DNA of 64,000 bases, from the NCBI GenBank assembly GCA_965217185.1, contig OZ244252.1:2176001-2240000 (forward strand). Direction: 5' to 3'. Source of the stretch: an uncultured Candidatus Entotheonella sp. (lineage in GTDB: Bacteria > Tectomicrobia > Entotheonellia > Entotheonellales > Entotheonellaceae). Shown one piece after another: positions 62,489 to 64,000 of this stretch; within the stretch, counting starts at the first letter, position 1; each line of letters begins with the position of its first letter. The notes below the pieces were generated by a model that saw only the letters and a program-made list of their open reading frames with translations, was not told the DNA's origin and searched no databases. The translations under genes and the position numbers were made by a program.

Positions 62489-64000
62489 TCACCGCTTCAC
62501 CACGTAACCCGCGGCCTCGCGGTCCCAGGTTGCCGGGGTGACGCCCGCCTCTCGCAGGACGTGCTTGCGCAGTTTTTCCGTAGGTGTCTTGGGCATGTCG
62601 CTGATGAACTCTACGTACCGCGGCACCGCGAAGTAGGGCATGCGTTCCTGGCAGTAATCAAGCAATTCTTCCGGCTGGAGCTGCATGCCGGGGCGCAGAA
62701 GCACACAGGCTTTCACCTCGTCTTCGCCGCCGGCAACGCTGGACTTGACCGCCACGGCGGCAGACTCGGCGATGGCGGGGTGGTCGTTCAGAACCTGCTC
62801 AATTTCGTATGACGAGATATTCTCTCCCCGCCGACGAATACAATCCTTCATGCGATCCACAAAGTAGAAATAGCCCTCCGCGTCGCGCGTTCCGGCGTCA
62901 CCCGTGTGGAACCAGAAGTTACGCCAGGCCTCCACCGTTTTTTCCGGCATGGCGTGGTAGCCGGCCATGAACGCCCACGGTTCCTTGGGTCGCACGACCA
63001 TCTCGCCCACCGTATCGGGCGGCAACTCCTCATCCGTATCGGGGTCGACGATGGCCATCTCGAACCACTCGTCGAGCACCTTGCCGCACGAATTGTCCCG
63101 CAGCCCCTCGTCGTAGGGCATGTAGGTCGGGATGTTCACCTCGGTCATGCCGTAGACCTCCAACAATTTGGTGTTGAAGCGTTGTTGGAACGCCTCCCCC
63201 CATTCCGGGGCGATCGGCACAGCGACGACGACGCGCAGGCGGTGGTCGCGGTCCTCGGCACGAGCGGGCTGCCGGTAGATGAACTCGGTCATCACGCCGA
63301 GAGTGTTGGTGACAGTTGCCCCGCAGCGGCGCACGTCGTCGAGCCAGCGGCTGGCGCTGAACGAGCGCGCCAGAACGAGCCGGCAGCCGACGATCAGGGC
63401 GCTGTACACCTGCATGAGCAGGGCGTTGGCGTGAAACAGCGGCATGCAGCAGTAATACACGTCGTCCGGGGTGAGGTGGATGGCCTCGATCTTCGCGTGC
63501 CCGTAAAGGTAGAGGTGGGCGTGGGGCATCAGTACGCCTTTGGACGGGCCGGTCGTGCCGGAGGTATACATGATGGCGCCGATGTCGTGGTAGGCAACGG
63601 AAACGTTCACGGGAGCGGCCGGGGCTTCGAGCAGTGTATCGAAGGACACCGCGCGAAGCCGCGAGAAGGTCGGCAGGTCGGTCTCCGAACCTTCGGCGTT
63701 CTTGACGACAACGGTTTCGAGATGCGGCAGGCGGTCCTCGCTGGCTTGCAGCGCGGGCACGAATTCGCGGCCGATGATCATCACGCGGGCTCTGCCGTTG
63801 ATGGCGGCGTTGTTGATCACGTGTTCGAGGAAGCCGCCCTTGTAGGCGGTGTTGATCGGCACCATGACGGCGCCCAAGCGATTGATGCCGAACCAGGCGT
63901 CGAGGAAGGCAATACCGTTGGGCATCATCAGCAAAACCCGCTCATCGCGCTGCACACCCATGGCAGCCAAGGCGTTGGCCACCCGGTTGGCCCGCGCGTC
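62489..64000 (-). CDS. Acyl-CoA ligase (crotonobetaine/carnitine-CoA ligase-like), 5' end beyond window
   Basis: YTSGTTGPSKG, YGMTE, FHTGD, DRMKD.IRRRGENISS.EIE. Confidence 0.92.
   Translation of the reverse strand, partial: DARANRVANALAAMGVQRDERVLLMMPNGIAFLDAWFGINRLGAVMVPINTAYKGGFLEHVINNAAINGRARVMIIGREFVPALQASEDRLPHLETVVVKNAEGSETDLPTFSRLRAVSFDTLLEAPAAPVNVSVAYHDIGAIMYTSGTTGPSKGVLMPHAHLYLYGHAKIEAIHLTPDDVYYCCMPLFHANALLMQVYSALIVGCRLVLARSFSASRWLDDVRRCGATVTNTLGVMTEFIYRQPARAEDRDHRLRVVVAVPIAPEWGEAFQQRFNTKLLEVYGMTEVNIPTYMPYDEGLRDNSCGKVLDEWFEMAIVDPDTDEELPPDTVGEMVVRPKEPWAFMAGYHAMPEKTVEAWRNFWFHTGDAGTRDAEGYFYFVDRMKDCIRRRGENISSYEIEQVLNDHPAIAESAAVAVKSSVAGGEDEVKACVLLRPGMQLQPEELLDYCQERMPYFAVPRYVEFISDMPKTPTEKLRKHVLREAGVTPATWDREAAGYVVKR

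Noticed and set aside
1..64000. CRISPR array, tRNA or rRNA genes
   Set aside because: No repeat-spacer periodicity or recognisable tRNA/rRNA sequence seen by eye

Overview
GC-rich bacterial chromosomal window mixing housekeeping and catabolic genes with two defence islands. Housekeeping and catabolic genes include panB, dapF, ltaE, speA, proA, gltBD, lon, benzoate-CoA ligase with boxBC, and ABC transporters. The most unusual locus is a type III restriction-modification mod gene (1166-4785) carrying two hairpin-bounded guest cassettes. One is an in-frame DUF559 endonuclease between perfect 33-bp inverted repeats. The other is a four-helix-bundle (23S-IVS-like) gene in a different frame, between inverted heptamer arrays. 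An extra 14-nt repeat unit in the right array shifts mod out of frame, and removing it restores both the frame and the arm symmetry, which suggests a repeat-based ON/OFF switch. An ORF-less hairpin of the same heptamer architecture lies at 17983-18056. Two adjacent selenoprotein genes missed by the ORF track (ArsC-like UxxC and glutaredoxin-like UxxC, with downstream SECIS-like hairpins) converge on a ferredoxin:thioredoxin reductase catalytic subunit. Also present are two copies of a defective IS5 with different target duplications, a decaying imuB/dnaE2 cassette with an in-frame palindromic insert, a tandem duplication of a secreted CxxCH protein gene, and a frameshifted Septu/retron-type AAA+HNH pair. 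All family assignments come from motif recognition by eye; no database searches were run.
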